Under the pieces are notes generated by a model, which was not told where the DNA came from, ran no database searches, and was given only the letters and a program-made list of their open reading frames with translations. The position numbers were made by a program, and so were the translations under genes. A stretch of DNA of 62,568 bases, filler included, from Choristocarpus tenellus KU-1152 (Eukaryota; Protista; Phaeophyceae): NCBI GenBank assembly GCA_964200185.2. It is 8 parts of 8 records of this genome, joined end to end, with 100 filler letters (N's around TTAATTAATTAA, not from the genome) between each part and the next. Parts side by side here need not be neighbours in the genome. Positions count along the whole stretch, not along the records: positions 31,050 to 41,944 come from CAXNAD020002645.1; positions 42,045 to 45,592 come from CAXNAD020019329.1; positions 45,693 to 51,371 come from CAXNAD020010034.1; positions 51,472 to 59,574 come from CAXNAD020005143.1; 4 more parts are not named here. The stretch is one strand, 5' to 3'. Below, piece after piece: positions 39,701 through 52,181 of the stretch; positions within the stretch are counted from its first letter, which is position 1; the number at the start of each line of letters is the position of its first letter.

Positions 39701-39789
39701 GTAGACAAGCGGCGGTGCCCATCGTGTTCCCCTTGAGCCGTCGTTCTCACGGACATGAGTGCTATCAAAAGAAGGGAAAGGTAGCCCAT
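36780..39789 (-). CDS. Secreted CAP/SCP (PR-1-like) protein, complete 7-exon gene (39656-39789, 39493-39550, 39205-39361, 38610-38650, 38253-38350, 37763-37817, 36780-36815)
   Basis: All junctions are GT-AG and phase-consistent: MGYLSLLLIALMSVRTTA (signal-like) ...LLEHNIARCIHDTAPLKWSKSLA...LKHS..GIGENLY...EGWYYEE..GGHMTQVVWASTTKVGCG...MIVCQYMEGGN...TSL*. The CAP motifs HN..R, GENL, GHxTQVVW and VCxY..GN are present. Confidence 0.92.
37087..37264. mobile_element. MITE family A in the last CAP intron
   Basis: GACCCAAAGTATCTGGGG ... CCCCAGATACTTTGAGCC with AAT TSD. Confidence 0.9.
37437..37704. mobile_element. Third MITE type (family C) sharing the G(A/G)GTCAAAGTA terminus
   Basis: GAGTCAAAGTA ... 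TACTTTGACCC inverted ends ~268 bp apart. The internal sequence differs from families A and B; TSD imperfect. Confidence 0.55.
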
Positions 39790-41527
39790 TGTAGTAGCAC
39801 GCGTAGCTGTGGGTCACGAGTGCAGAGTATGGATTGATACTTGGTGTTAACTCTGAGACTCGTTCGAAATTATAGAAGATGTGTTGATGGTGTGTCGTGA
39901 GGAAGGGAAGGACTGATAATAAGGCGTGGATTCTTGGGGTGGACATATGAGAATTGAACTGTAAAATGTTTGAGAAGAAAGAGAAGCAACGTGCCAAATA
40001 TTTGACGGTTCAAATATAGAACAGGAAAGGGCATATATAGTAGTATATGGAGAACTACTTGTAAAATATAATGTGTGGATTTTGATCTTCTGCTTGGTTA
40101 TGTGTATATCGGAAAAATATGTAAAAATTGCCGTTTAGTCACAGTTTATTAGATAGGAGACCTTCAGGAAAGTAAATAGGATGAGATTCTTTCCATAGGA
40201 TAATTAGGAGGTGTGGGGAGCCTGGACAGTTACAATAAAATATTCTTATTTTATATTTCGCCAACATGACTAGGAACATGTAGCATTTTCCAGACGTCAT
40301 GAAGAGAATATCGTAGGAAAGAACATAAGGAGAAGAATTCAACAGAATAACAACAGTAAATGCGATTATTTTTTCACATTTCGTATGTAGGTACTACAAG
40401 GGGGTACGTTCCCTAGCAGCTAATCAACTATCATATGTTGAAGTGGAAACTGTTCTCTAATTCAAAGCCGATAACATTTATCCTCAACTTCAACCTTCAA
40501 CTCCTTCACCCTTACTTTTTCTAATAAATTTGTGATAATAACGTCTAAATTTGTGGCACTTTAGACATGAAGTGCCCAATTCCATATTGAATGTGGACCA
40601 CCATTATTTCTAGTTTTGTTTTGTTCTAAACAATAGAGATTGATTGTATTGGTTACAGAAAAGTCCATTTAAGTAAGAACACCATGACTTAAGAGCTGTG
40701 TACTATGTATTCTTTCGTCATGCCCCCTACTAACAATTTTGCACATATGGTTACGACATCTCAGCACTGTATCCTATCTTACCTTTAGATAAATACAACT
40801 TCATACAACAGTGTACTGTGACTGTTGAGGGCAATGTGCGATACGAGGACTTCGGTCAAAGCAATTACTACGACAGCGACCCAAACTTGGAGGAAGGGGG
40901 GTTATACTATCTATACTATAATTGTAATAGGACAAGAAATAAACAGCGGGTAGTAGCGTCGTAAGGCAGGGTTCAATCAGTCGTGGGGGGTGTTCAGAAT
41001 CACCAGTTGAGTCACGGTGGGGTGCTTCCAGCAAACCCAAAGCTCTCTCGGTCATCAAATCTTAGGGAAAAGTTTTGATAGTGTCTCAGATCCGAGGGGT
41101 GATATCCCATCTTTGTGAACGTTCAACCGTAAGCGGTCTGAGGGCCCTCAAAACGTTTCTGGGTTTGATGTTGGCGGGAAAGGCATCAATCAGAAAGAAA
41201 TGTGCGCGCAGATGTGGATTGGACTGGGATCAGGTCCCAAAGGGACCTGTCTGTGACAGTAACCTGAGATTTTGCACACAATTTTTCGTTCTTATTGAAC
41301 TGCAAGATAATAGATACAATAATTAATTATTCTTTCCTACTAATAAACTCCGAAAGATTTGTATAGATATTTTTCTGTTAAATCACAAGCAACGATTTGT
41401 ACACGACTGTTCTTTTGTGTTGAATCATAACGTAAGAGTTATATACGAACATGAGGTAGGGACAGATTGGTGATACATTATTTTCTTCTTTTGACGCATA
41501 GTGAAAAAAAAATAATGTTGACAAAAG

Positions 41528-41821
41528 GTGAACGAAAGGCCTTTTATACTGGCAAATGATGGAAAGTTCTCGAGGGAGGAAAGGTTTGCCCAGGTGGCTT
41601 CAGGGAACATCCAAGAGCTAGTTGCATGGCTACTAGAACGATCTCAAAGGATCAGCAGACGTAGGGAGGCCCCTGGAGAGGATCCCAAGTCCCGCCAGGA
41701 AAGCGCTGCAGCTCTGGGTCACCACCACGGAGGAATTTCCAAGGGGGCGAGCGTGCTCCTAGCACAACCCAGAGCCCCAGGGACGGAGGAGACTTTCGAT
41801 ATACTGGTTTTTAACACCCAA
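41528..41821 (+). CDS. Exon-like segment of an unknown protein (contig end)
   Basis: Open, GC-richer frame FAQVASGNIQELVAWLLERSQR...EETFDILVFNTQ ending at a gtgaga donor; identity unknown. Confidence 0.4.
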
Positions 41822-42044
41822 GTGAGAACAAAGACGAGCTTAGGCAGGCCATCACGGACGAAAAAGACAGGGTACAAGGGGATGCAAGATCTGGGGAACA
41901 AAGGTGCTGGTGTTACAGGCGCCCCTCAATGAGATCGGAAGACGNNNNNNNNNNNNNNNNNNNNNNNNNNNNNNNNNNNNNNNNNNNNTTAATTAATTAA
42001 NNNNNNNNNNNNNNNNNNNNNNNNNNNNNNNNNNNNNNNNNNNN

Positions 42045-42222
42045 GGGGGGGGGGGGGGGGGGGGGGGGGGGGGCTACACCAGGGTGTCTATTTGGACCAA
42101 AATCAGGAAAAATGCCTTTACGTTATCCATCGGATGTATGCAACCAAATCACCCAAAAATCGGAACATGAAGAAATTGACCCCAATTGGACAGCCGCCAC
42201 CCCCCCCTAGATACTTTGAGCC
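42045..42222. mobile_element. MITE family A at contig start (other contig-end fragments: 4217-4261, 45693-45837, 51472-51500, 59504-59574, 59675-59697)
   Basis: Family-A body ending CTAGATACTTTGAGCC; the contig breaks inside the TIR G-tract. Confidence 0.85.
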
Positions 42223-43290
42223 ATGTACAAAGTATCAGTAGATGGCCAGGTGTTTTACCAATGGGGTTGAGAAATGCAATCTACCCGTCCATGTTATGAC
42301 TCTTGGCCATAAATATTGTAGCCCTGTATTCGTCTTGGTGACAGAATTAGGCAATGATATGTAATTTTTAGAACAATAATCGTTGTAGGACCTTCTTGCA
42401 TGAACAATTTGTATCCCCTCAACCTTGATGAACTTCAAAGATTGAGAAATGTGGGTAGGAGGTATAGGGGGATACAGGACAAATATACACTGTGGAATGT
42501 GAACCACACTTTCTTACAGCTGTATTTGTGTAGATGGTTGCTATCCGTAGATTGTCTTCCGTTGCCGCCCTTCTTCCTGGCAAGAATCTACACCAGCAAA
42601 ACACCTCACGATATACCATGCCCCAAATTGCTGACTTCATTCGACTCCATTAGTCCCCAGGTAGCAACTTGTTTCGAGGCAATATATTATCCCAGCACAA
42701 ATCTGGGTCATCTGGGTCACAGACTTTTTATTAACAAAGAGTTGTGAAGTTGAGATGAATCGAACGGATTCTCAAACTTTAGGTTGTCACAAGATATATA
42801 TTTAGGTGATGACCACAAACCGCAAGGCATTGATAGACGTGATATCACTTTGGCACACAGTTCCTAGTGGGAAATTTATTATCACATGGCGCCGGAGTTG
42901 GTGACAAGAGAGACATTCTGCACACACGTTTTGGTATTATATGCCACACAACAAGAATATCTTGGGAAAAAATATTGCAAAATGCCCTCTTTTTCAAGGG
43001 TAAGAGACTCCACACAAGAACTGAGATTATATCATTTTGGAGAGTATGACGTTTCATAGCTCGGTTTTGTGTCACTGTATTGTTGATTCCCACCCAGGTG
43101 CCTCATTACCCATTGCAAACCGTTTTGTGTGACAACTCAATAATTTCTTGTTATCTAAGCTTCAACCTTACGCGTTACCTCAACTATTCAGGTCCAAGTA
43201 CATGTAAGCACAACATATAAACTGCTTGAATTCTTCTTCCGCTATTTTCTCAAGTGTGTACTTGCAACCCCGTGCATGACCTTGACACAG

Positions 43291-43980
43291 GGTTGAAACA
43301 CGTTTGGTGGAAGTGCGTAAGCATGATCTCCCTCTTGGACTGGATTGCAACATGACCTACTGGTCTGAATCCGTAACTGCAAGAACAGAATCTTCTACCT
43401 ATCCATGCCCTGAAGTTACTGATATAACCTTATCAGAGGACAAAAATAAATTCTTGGCGTGCTTGGGTGAAACCCTTGGCAAGGATGGTTGCAGCATTGT
43501 GGTTAAGAGCTCCCAGTTGGCCATAATTCATTATCCTCGAGCAGCAGCAACAAGTCTGTACTTCATGGGAAGAAAGAAGAACTGGGTAGATTCACAAGTC
43601 GAGTTAGATTCGTATGTTCTCAGCCTGCTGTCCAACTACTGCCAAAGGACAATGGTCAGGAATATACTATTTGGGACAGTTCTTCGATCAGAATCGCTAC
43701 TTTTGTTCTATGAGGATATACTCTCTGATGAATCAGCATTCTTCCACCAAATTGTAAGGTTCTTTGGTATGAACGTGCCATAAGTTGTCATCCAGGACTG
43801 CATTGATGCTCCTCAGCAGCAGTTTGACTTGCATGTAGGGGGGAAGTTGAAGGATAAGAACGTCCAGACACCCTTTACTGAAGAGCTTGATCCCGAAACC
43901 CTTCGATAAGGATGGATGGGATCGTGCGGTCATGGCTTTCGCCTGAGCTTCTCATTCGATGGAATGTGGATATTCATTAA
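43291..43980 (+). pseudogene. Sulfotransferase-fold-like coding exon with in-frame stops
   Basis: After a cacag acceptor: VEVRKHDLP...IIHYPRAAATSLYF (R-x-P...S-like 3'-PB region)...LLLFYEDILSDESAFFHQIVRFFGM, a typical sulfotransferase C-terminal pattern. TAA at 43781 is followed by plausible continuation (FTEELDPETL) and another TAA. Confidence 0.5.
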
Positions 43981-44477
43981 GACTGCATGGCTATGTATTT
44001 ACTCTCAGTGTTAGCTGATACTACATCAGTCTCACACTTGATACCAGAAGGCATGTTTTTCTTCATATAGAAGTAGCTTACAGTGGAGCAGGAAAAATAT
44101 TTTGATATATATCCACATGGGGTCATTATTGTTTTGTGTTTTGTGCAACAATAATCCTATAAAGTTGTGGAATCAGGTGTAGGATATGGTGTAACTTATG
44201 AAGGCATATGTCTTGATCATGTGAGGTACCTTCTTGGAAAGAACTCCAGAACACGTATCGAGAATAGCCTTAAGTTAAACTTCGCGGACATTTGTAGGGT
44301 TCATACGTAGTATCATAGATGGAATATGCCGGTGCTGCTATCAAAAGGTATTCAGAGGAAAAGTGATACACCTCATTGCAACAAACATAAATATATATAT
44401 ATATACCTTTCGAAAAAAAAACATGTCACGCAAGTTTGGACTGTAGATCAAGGCCCTAACAAAGTCCCATCAATTTT

Positions 44478-44740
44478 GGGTAGGCAGCTTTAGACTATTT
44501 TACATTTAAAGTCGTTTTTCTCACCTTGTGCAATGCACTCTACTTCATTGCAATATGTGCACAATTAATTGCACAAAAATTGATATTCTACTCTCCACAC
44601 TGAAAATGACAAAAGTAATCAAAGGCTCTTTCTACAATTGTACAAAACATCGTCTTTGTGGTCTCTCTTGGATTCCTTAAATGCAATCCTGCCTACCTTT
44701 GAATTGGTTTGGCTCACACCATTAACGAGAAGGAAATTTC
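44478..44740. repeat. Old dispersed repeat; diverged direct copy at ~46488-46760
   Basis: Shared collinear anchors gggtaggca, ccttgtgc, aattgatat..t..t.tccacact, tttctacaattg and aatgca..c.tgcct.cct. Confidence 0.6.
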
Positions 44741-47279
44741 ACCAATTCTGCCAACATCGCCAGGGCCCTACAGGAAAAAATGAGGGACTCACGGTCACAA
44801 CTTCCATCTCACTAGAAGGGTTATGAGCTGCCATACTGTCCTTGTTAGTGGGGGTGACAGAATGTGTTGATGGGGGATGTATGTGAATGTACTGCTTTGT
44901 TTATTTTGATATTGAAAGGATGCACACACCTCCTTGGGCCTGTGACCCTCCATGCTCGAGGTGATGTCTGTTTGGATTCTAACTATTGGGTACTTTTCTC
45001 TTATTTTGTCACGTGTATTTACAGTGATGTGAATTATGATTCAATTGTATAGATTCATTTAATAAATCAAGAACAATCAAGAGATGTAGTCGGAAATTTT
45101 CAGGGCTCTCCACCTAGCCAGCAATTATAAAGGTTCCGTCTACTGGCCAGACCGTTCTCACAAATATTTCTGGTCTATGACCGTTAAATATTGAAACAGT
45201 CCATGTCCGTCGGTCAGACCAGGTTAAACATTCTATGACATTTCCGGGCCGTGTCCACAGGTTATTGTACGGGTCCATGTCCACTGGCCGGCTATTCTAA
45301 CTTATTTCTTACATATCCAGACCGTCACTATCCATCAGTTGAATTTTCTCTGGCATGTCCGGACCATGTCCGCTACGTGTTATTCAAGTCTAAATGTGAG
45401 ACATCTACACACACAGGGATCACAAATCACCTCAGACACACAACAATGTGTTTAAACCAAAAATACAATTTTATTATTCTCAGAATATGAAATGATATGA
45501 AATATCACAATTGTGGAAAGCATGTTTGTCTGTTATAATACCGTATTGCCGTATGCCATATGGCGTTATACCGTGGTACCGAGTGAGGTTCCNNNNNNNN
45601 NNNNNNNNNNNNNNNNNNNNNNNNNNNNNNNNNNNNTTAATTAATTAANNNNNNNNNNNNNNNNNNNNNNNNNNNNNNNNNNNNNNNNNNNNCTAATGTA
45701 AATGCATTTGGTCCAAAATCAGGAAAAATGCATTTACATTATCCATCCGACGTATGCAACCAAATCACCCCAAAATCGCGATATGAAAAATTGACCCCAA
45801 ATGGACAGCCACCACCCACTCCCAGATAATTTGAGCCTTTGTTGCTGCTGGCTTTGTTTTGTCCCTCTCGAGTATGCGCAAGGTTAGTTTTCTTTTTGCT
45901 CGTATCTTGTTTTGTAGAAAATTACAACTACGTCCAACAAATTCACTTCTGGCAACAGTGAGCTACTTGTGCAACTATCTTGTATCCTCTTGTTGTTGTG
46001 CCTGCCCCCAACTTGACACAATAACACGCTTATACACGTACACACATATATCATATGTCCACATTGGAACATGAAAGGTTTATATCGTTTTGATATTCCT
46101 GGATGAATCATGGGTTTTTTAGCAGATAATCCTAACCTTCTTGTTGAGGAATAGACCTTTACATTGAATTGTGGTGTCACTTTGTAGGTGGGAAGAGGAG
46201 GTATCAATTTTGCATACACTATTGTGTACGTAGAGTAATGAAAAAAGGTGTTAAACACAGGGTAAGAGAAATGGCTTAGAATGCAAAGGGGCCCAAACCT
46301 GCCTATGTGTTGCACTTTTGTACGCCTTCCAAGGTACTGAGACTGTACATCAACAACAGTAGAAGCAGTAGTGGAGTTCAACAACTACGACAACTCATAT
46401 ATTATATTTCTACCATTTTGAAGACATTCTCAAATAATGTGTATCAGGCAATAAATGTGGCATGCCAATGAGTGAAAGTAATTGAAAGGGTAGGCAATTT
46501 TTGACCCTTTAGCATTTTAAGCTATTTTCCTATCCTTGTGCGATATACCCTGTTCCATCCATTGCTTTATTGTCTAGTCAACAGTGTTCTGCGAAATTGA
46601 TATCCTCCTTTCCACACTCATTATGATACCACAATTTGCCAAATAGGTCGTTTCTACAATTGATTATCAAGAAGGTTTATTTCAGCAATATCTCGGGATC
46701 CTTGGAATGCAGCCTTGCCTGCCTGTCAATTACTCTGGCTCATTCTGGTTTGGTACAAAGTGCTATTCTCATTTTTTTGTGCTATAAGGGATGTTTTGGG
46801 TAGTTTGGGTAGAATATGCCTTAACGTGGACGGACATACAATAACAAGGGAACTAAGAACACGATTTTTGTCATACAGATACTTAAGGAGTGCCCTTCCC
46901 CTGCACTTCCTGCACACTTTGACCACGTCATATGCAGCCGAATCCCGCTATCTTGGTCCTACCGTCTCACCACGAATACCACACTTCATTGGGCATCGAT
47001 GTAGGTATGGATACTACCTGCATGGAACTTATGGCACCATGGATCCGATAGGGAGGATGAGATGAAGAGACTTTGCTTTCATTACCACATTCGCAGAGGG
47101 GAGAAAAGCGATGAGGACCCATTCGTGGTGACCCCACCATTTTGTCAAGGACTTCATCTCATAGTAACTGGTGGAAACGGGCTTATTGTCACGGACAAGT
47201 TACAACTGTCTACCATGGGGTCAGATTTGGGGGAAAGTATCGCCAACAAGGTTGAGGGTAGTGCCTTGTCCAGTATCAT

Positions 47280-48125
47280 AAAGTGCAAGGAGATGCGTAA
47301 GGACCCGTCAGGTGGCGCCGATAGACAAAAATGATTATCTTTGGCCCGGAAATGCGAAGTGCCAGACTTGCTAACTGGACACAAGATGAACCGAGTAGGC
47401 ATAGCGGAGCGATGTGGTGTTGGCGTGAGGATCATTGCACGAATTGGAGCAAGCAAGAAACACCTGCAGAGAAGCAGCTTCTTGAAGGTCGAAAGGGCGA
47501 CAAGAAGTCGGTTAGGAAATCACGACACCCAGAGGAAAGATGCAATACCTGTTACGTGTGTATTATGGTATCACTGTGTGCACGACATTAATATTTGTGC
47601 TGTCCTAATACTACTATGCCCTCCATTAAGATACACATTATTACAGCAAGGAACAAATCGTTGACAACTTCCGTGTTTCTCTTGTTGGGATCAGGTGGAG
47701 AGCTGATCTACGGGTGAATCAAGATATCACCATGTCATTTCGCTTCAAGGGTGAGAGAGGATGTGATCCTGGGTTGTTACAGGCAATTGGACAACCTCCA
47801 GATGAATGCCGGCGAGGTCTCGACGAACAACAGCATCATTAGGACTCAGGAATAGCTACAACTAGAAGAGCGTAAGGATGTGATTGGGGCCTTTGGCACA
47901 GGACGTATGGGATGAGCTACTGAACGTAGCCTGTTTTACAAGCACGGCTAGTAAGGCTGATGAGGAAGCGTGTGAAATAGAAGACGAGACCGCGACAAAG
48001 GGTGGTTGCGGTGATGACGGTGGAGGGTCGAGCCTTCCTCCGCCTCCCTTTGTTGAAGTGTTGCCACATTTTCCTGATTTGGGGGCAAAGGATAGTGAGA
48101 AAAGGTTAGATTGGACCTACACATA
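47280..48125 (+). pseudogene. Internally deleted pogo/Tigger-like transposase (CENP-B-type N-terminal HTH)
   Basis: LSLARKCEVPDLLTGHKMNRVGIAERCGVGVRIIARIGASK then, after a frameshift, KGDKKSVRKSRHPEE resembles the HTH_psq/CENP-B N-terminus. An acidic C-terminal remnant lies at 47884-48126. No DDD core is visible. Confidence 0.5.
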
Positions 48126-48389
48126 ATACCCAACACGAAAATAGAAATTTGGAGTGTTAATAAATGGAGACGTGTGATGTAGACAAATCTTCAATGTATT
48201 ATTTTGTAGTTGGACATTTTGTAGATCTTTCAGGGGAAAGAGTCAAACCAATATCACAACGACTCCTCTAAAAGTAACAATTGTCGTAAATGTAAAAGAT
48301 GCCTCTCTATTTACTATTTATTTGAATACCAGGTACTATACATCTTAAAGCTTGGTAATTACAACGTTAAGTGTATATTGTTGCTATGT

Positions 48390-48770
48390 CTCCAACCTAG
48401 CCTTAGCCCTACACAACTGGGCGAGGAGCTAGGGAAGCATCCCAGATATCTGACAAGCCCCTCCATGTCCATCTGCCTGGTGTCTCCAGTTTGAAACGCA
48501 TGACACGTCTCCAGAGAGCTACTTGTGTAGTGACAGACGCTATATGTCGTAAGCGGGATTTGATAGTACCTTTCTTTCCTGCTATATTCTCCTACCCCTC
48601 TTCTCCTTACTGCATGTGTAGGCAACTCATCCAGAAACTTTCTGTTTGCTTAATTAAGGAGGCACCCAAAACTTTCCGCTGTGAAGGTGTTGAGGTTAAA
48701 ACTACCCTAATTGTGGGTACGCTTTCGCGTCTTGGTGTTAGAAGAAGCTACACCATTCATTGCCGATAGT
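48390..48770 (-). mobile_element. Older, more diverged CRE-like retrotransposon fragment (copy 2)
   Basis: Aligns to 300-660 (gaggagctaggga.gcatccc, aaacgcatgaca, aaaactttcc.c.g.gaaggtgttga). Confidence 0.75.
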
Positions 48771-48788
48771 TATCATTTTGATTGATGT

Positions 48789-49002
48789 TGTGGTAAGTTA
48801 TTCCTAGACAGATATCAGTTCTTTCACTGATATCTGTTGTGGTAAGTTGTTCCTATACAAATATCAGTTCTTTGAAAAATGATATCTGTTGTCTTAAGTT
48901 TTTCCTACATAGATACATAGATATCAATCCTTTGATGCTGTGGTAATTTGTTCCTACACAAGTGTCACTTCGTTCATAGGCGTTGTGGTCAAGTTGTTCC
49001 TA
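48789..49002. repeat. Minisatellite, ~40-55 bp unit, ~5 copies
   Basis: tgtggtaagttgttcctatacanatatcagttcttt variants recur at ~48790, 48838, 48890, 48939 and 48985. Confidence 0.8.
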
Positions 49003-49769
49003 CTCTCTCCAACAATTTTTCACCACTCACACAACATTGAAGAGGACACTACATAATACTTCAGTGAAAAAAACAAAGCCGTTGAACATATGGACGATAG
49101 CTTTGATAGTACCATTCTTTGAATTGTTAGAGGCATTTTTCAAACACACCACTTTAAGGCAAATCACATTTTAAATGGCATATAGGATGCCTTAAACCGG
49201 TCTTCTTCTAAAATGGAATCATATTCTGGAACAAGGAAGGGGTGTATTTCTTAATTGATAGAAGAATGCCTTCAAATGTCAGCAATATTGTTCTACACTA
49301 TCATTATCGTATCGATCAAATTATCAAATTATCATGTCGTACTATGCTTAGGTCATGAATGTTGATTGTGAATGCATCCAAAATTATATGCTCGTTAAAA
49401 TTTTGACCGATGTTATGGGAGAGAAAGAAACAATATACACAAGAACACAACCAACAGACATTTCAATAAAGCAATCTGTATTGTATAGAACGATAGTTGA
49501 AAGGTTATCTACTAGTTTGAACTACTTCTTACTTCTATCTATACCTCTATCCAACAAGAACCACATGACCAACGAAAATAAATACATAGATCTTCCCTGT
49601 TGTGTCGACAATAGTCTAGTTCATTTATATGTAAAATGCATCGATGTATTTTGTATCATATTATAATGGTAGTAGAATAGTAGTTAATGCCGATAAAGAG
49701 ATTAAGTATAGAAAAGTGTTGATGATAACATTTAAAAGGTCTATACATGAGGGTAAGGAACCATATTAT

Positions 49770-51371
49770 GATTATTATGGTTTCTGACATTTTTCAGACG
49801 TGTTGGGTGTGGAAAACCAATGAAAACTATACACATGTCACTATGAACCCAAAGGAAATAAAATGTCACAATAGTGAAACACACTAATCTATGTGGTTAC
49901 TTCACCACTATCTACGTTATACTACTACCTTTCTGTGTCTCCAATCTACCTATACCTGTACCCCGGGGGGAGGAGCTAGGGAGGCATCCCACGAATACAA
50001 TAAACCCCTCTGTGCCCATCTCCCTGGTGACTCCAGCTTAAAACGCATGGCATGTCTAGACAGTGTCACTTGAGTTGTTACGGAGACTATTTGGTGTAGC
50101 TGGGATTTGACTACTCCTTTCCTGCTATATCCTCTCGCTCCTCTCCCCCTTACCATGTGAGTAGCCAGCTCATCCTGGAAACATTCCACTTGCTTGCCGA
50201 GGCGCCCAAAACTTTCCACCGCGAAGGTGTTGGGGTTATAACTGTAAGGACCAAAAGAGCCCTCGTAGTGGGTGCGCTTTCGCGCCTCGGCTGTAGCAGC
50301 AGGTACACCATTGCTGGTGGATGAGTGGATGAGGTGGGAGATTGCTTGTACTTCTGCGAATGTGACATCTCCAGCAGAAGGCCTTTGTCCTGGTAGGAGG
50401 CTGTTCCAGTGTCCGCCAGTGCCCCTACATGGAAGACTAGATCCTTGCGGAGATTCCTGTCAACTGTGAAGGGGTTGCCGTCCTCTGTAGTGCAAGGGAT
50501 GCCCATCCCCTTGCATAGGTGGCTTAGGCGTTTCACCATGGGTGTGTGCTGTCGAACCTGGCCTCCTGCTCTGGGTACGGGCTTGTCTGGTGCCGACATT
50601 TTGCCTCTGCACCCTGCCACTGGGCACCTGTTTGAGAGTACCTCCTCCCTCCCTAGGGATCGGCTGGCCGTACGCTTGAATTCTATAGGGGGGATCTGGC
50701 ATGCTGGCTCTAGGGGTTGCGTAGAGGCCCATGCGTTTGCCCCTTGTCCACACTGGCTCCGGTGGTGTGCTAGAGCTAATGAGGAACTTTCCCTCCGCTG
50801 TTGTACTTCACTTAGTAGGCCAGCTAGTTGTGTACGAAAGGAGTCGAAACGGATCCTGTTCAGGAGGCATGTGATCTCATGTTGAGCCCTCCTTGTGATC
50901 CTGGCGTCGTGAGCTGTGAGGATGTGGACCTCTGGGACAGGTGCGGGGGATGTTGTTCCCCCCCAGGTTACCCAGTCTTAGACAATAATTTCTTCAAAGT
51001 CTTCTGAGGGGATAACTGTAGAAAGGAGGGTGTGAGTGGAATATCCTAAAGCCTGCACTGTGAGGCTCGCCCAAACAGCTTGTCTTGCTAGGAGGGTGGG
51101 GAGAGTGGCCAACAGTAATCCTACTAAAGTCGCATGTTGGCGGTGTTTCATAGAGGAGAGGCCCAGACACCTCACACTTGCAGGCATCTGTGCCTGTACT
51201 TGTTGGTAGGTCTCTAGGCGGAGAGACCAATTGCTACACTCCCCCTAAAAAAAAATGCGTCGCCTCTGTTGAGTCTGCTACCTCCATTATCCTCTCTAGT
51301 GTCCATAATGAGGTGTTGTCTGCTTGCTCCATGGTGGAGCGTGCCAGGAGGGGGGGGGCAGATAGCCTAGG
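49770..51371 (-). mobile_element. CRE-like (RLE-clade) non-LTR retrotransposon, longest copy (copy 3), frameshifted and cut by the contig end
   Basis: The minus strand shows QAQMPASVRCLGLSS (LPxxxGGLG-like post-RT motif), a decayed Zn-knuckle (..GGQVRQH..VKRL), RKDLVF...LLDVTFAEV, AEARKRTHY and ESFGRLG, then a 3' UTR with hairpin and ATA-type tail. Confidence 0.8.
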
Positions 51372-51921
51372 NNNNNNNNNNNNNNNNNNNNNNNNNNNNN
51401 NNNNNNNNNNNNNNNTTAATTAATTAANNNNNNNNNNNNNNNNNNNNNNNNNNNNNNNNNNNNNNNNNNNNAGACCCCCCCCCCCAGATACTTTGGGTCT
51501 CAAATATTTCAGGGACACAACCTGTAACTAAACACTAATGCACAAATATGACTATAAGAAGCCTGGACCTCGGCAAAATGGGTCACTCTACTCATTCATC
51601 CTGTTCTAGGCTACCCTGATTAAGCTATGTTGGCAAAATGGAGCAATGATGGCATCAATGTTAAGAGGGAAGAGGTCCTCTATAGCTTCATGTTTCTTAC
51701 AGCCTTTATTATTTGAGTCACAGTCATATTGCTGGCAACACGGTACCACAAAGTCGTAAGGTTTTGGAATTCAGAAAAGACGGAGATCATATCAAATAAC
51801 TAAAAGGGGGAGGAAATTAGACCAGGTTAGAGGGATATACTTCAACAACCCATAGAGGAAAGTAATAACAAACAACCTCTTCACCAAAGGCCCTTCTAAC
51901 TCTATCTAACTGGTTGGGAAA

Positions 51922-52181
51922 GAGCCAAAGTATCTTAGAGGGTAGGGTCGCGTCCATTTGGGGGCCAAAATCCATTGTTGCAATTTTGATGTAATTTTGG
52001 CTATCATGTTTGTTAGGAGATGCCAATATCCTTGTTCCAGGCACTCCTTTTTCAAAACGTACACATTTTATCTACTCGGGAAGATTTTGGGGTACTTATA
52101 ATCTCATCAAAAACGCGTGGGTAGCCAAGCCCCAAATGGATAAACAGGGAAAAATCCGTACCCTCTCAGATACTTTCACTC
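51922..52181. mobile_element. MITE family B copy (partial/diverged relatives at 53540-53710 and 54374-54625)
   Basis: GAGCCAAAGTATCTTAGAGGGTA ... TACCCTCTCAGATACTTTCACTC. Confidence 0.85.

Noticed and set aside
1-45592. Giant element bounded by the inverted repeats at 1-80 and 45510-45592
   Set aside because: The two copies lie on different contigs separated by several artificial joins.
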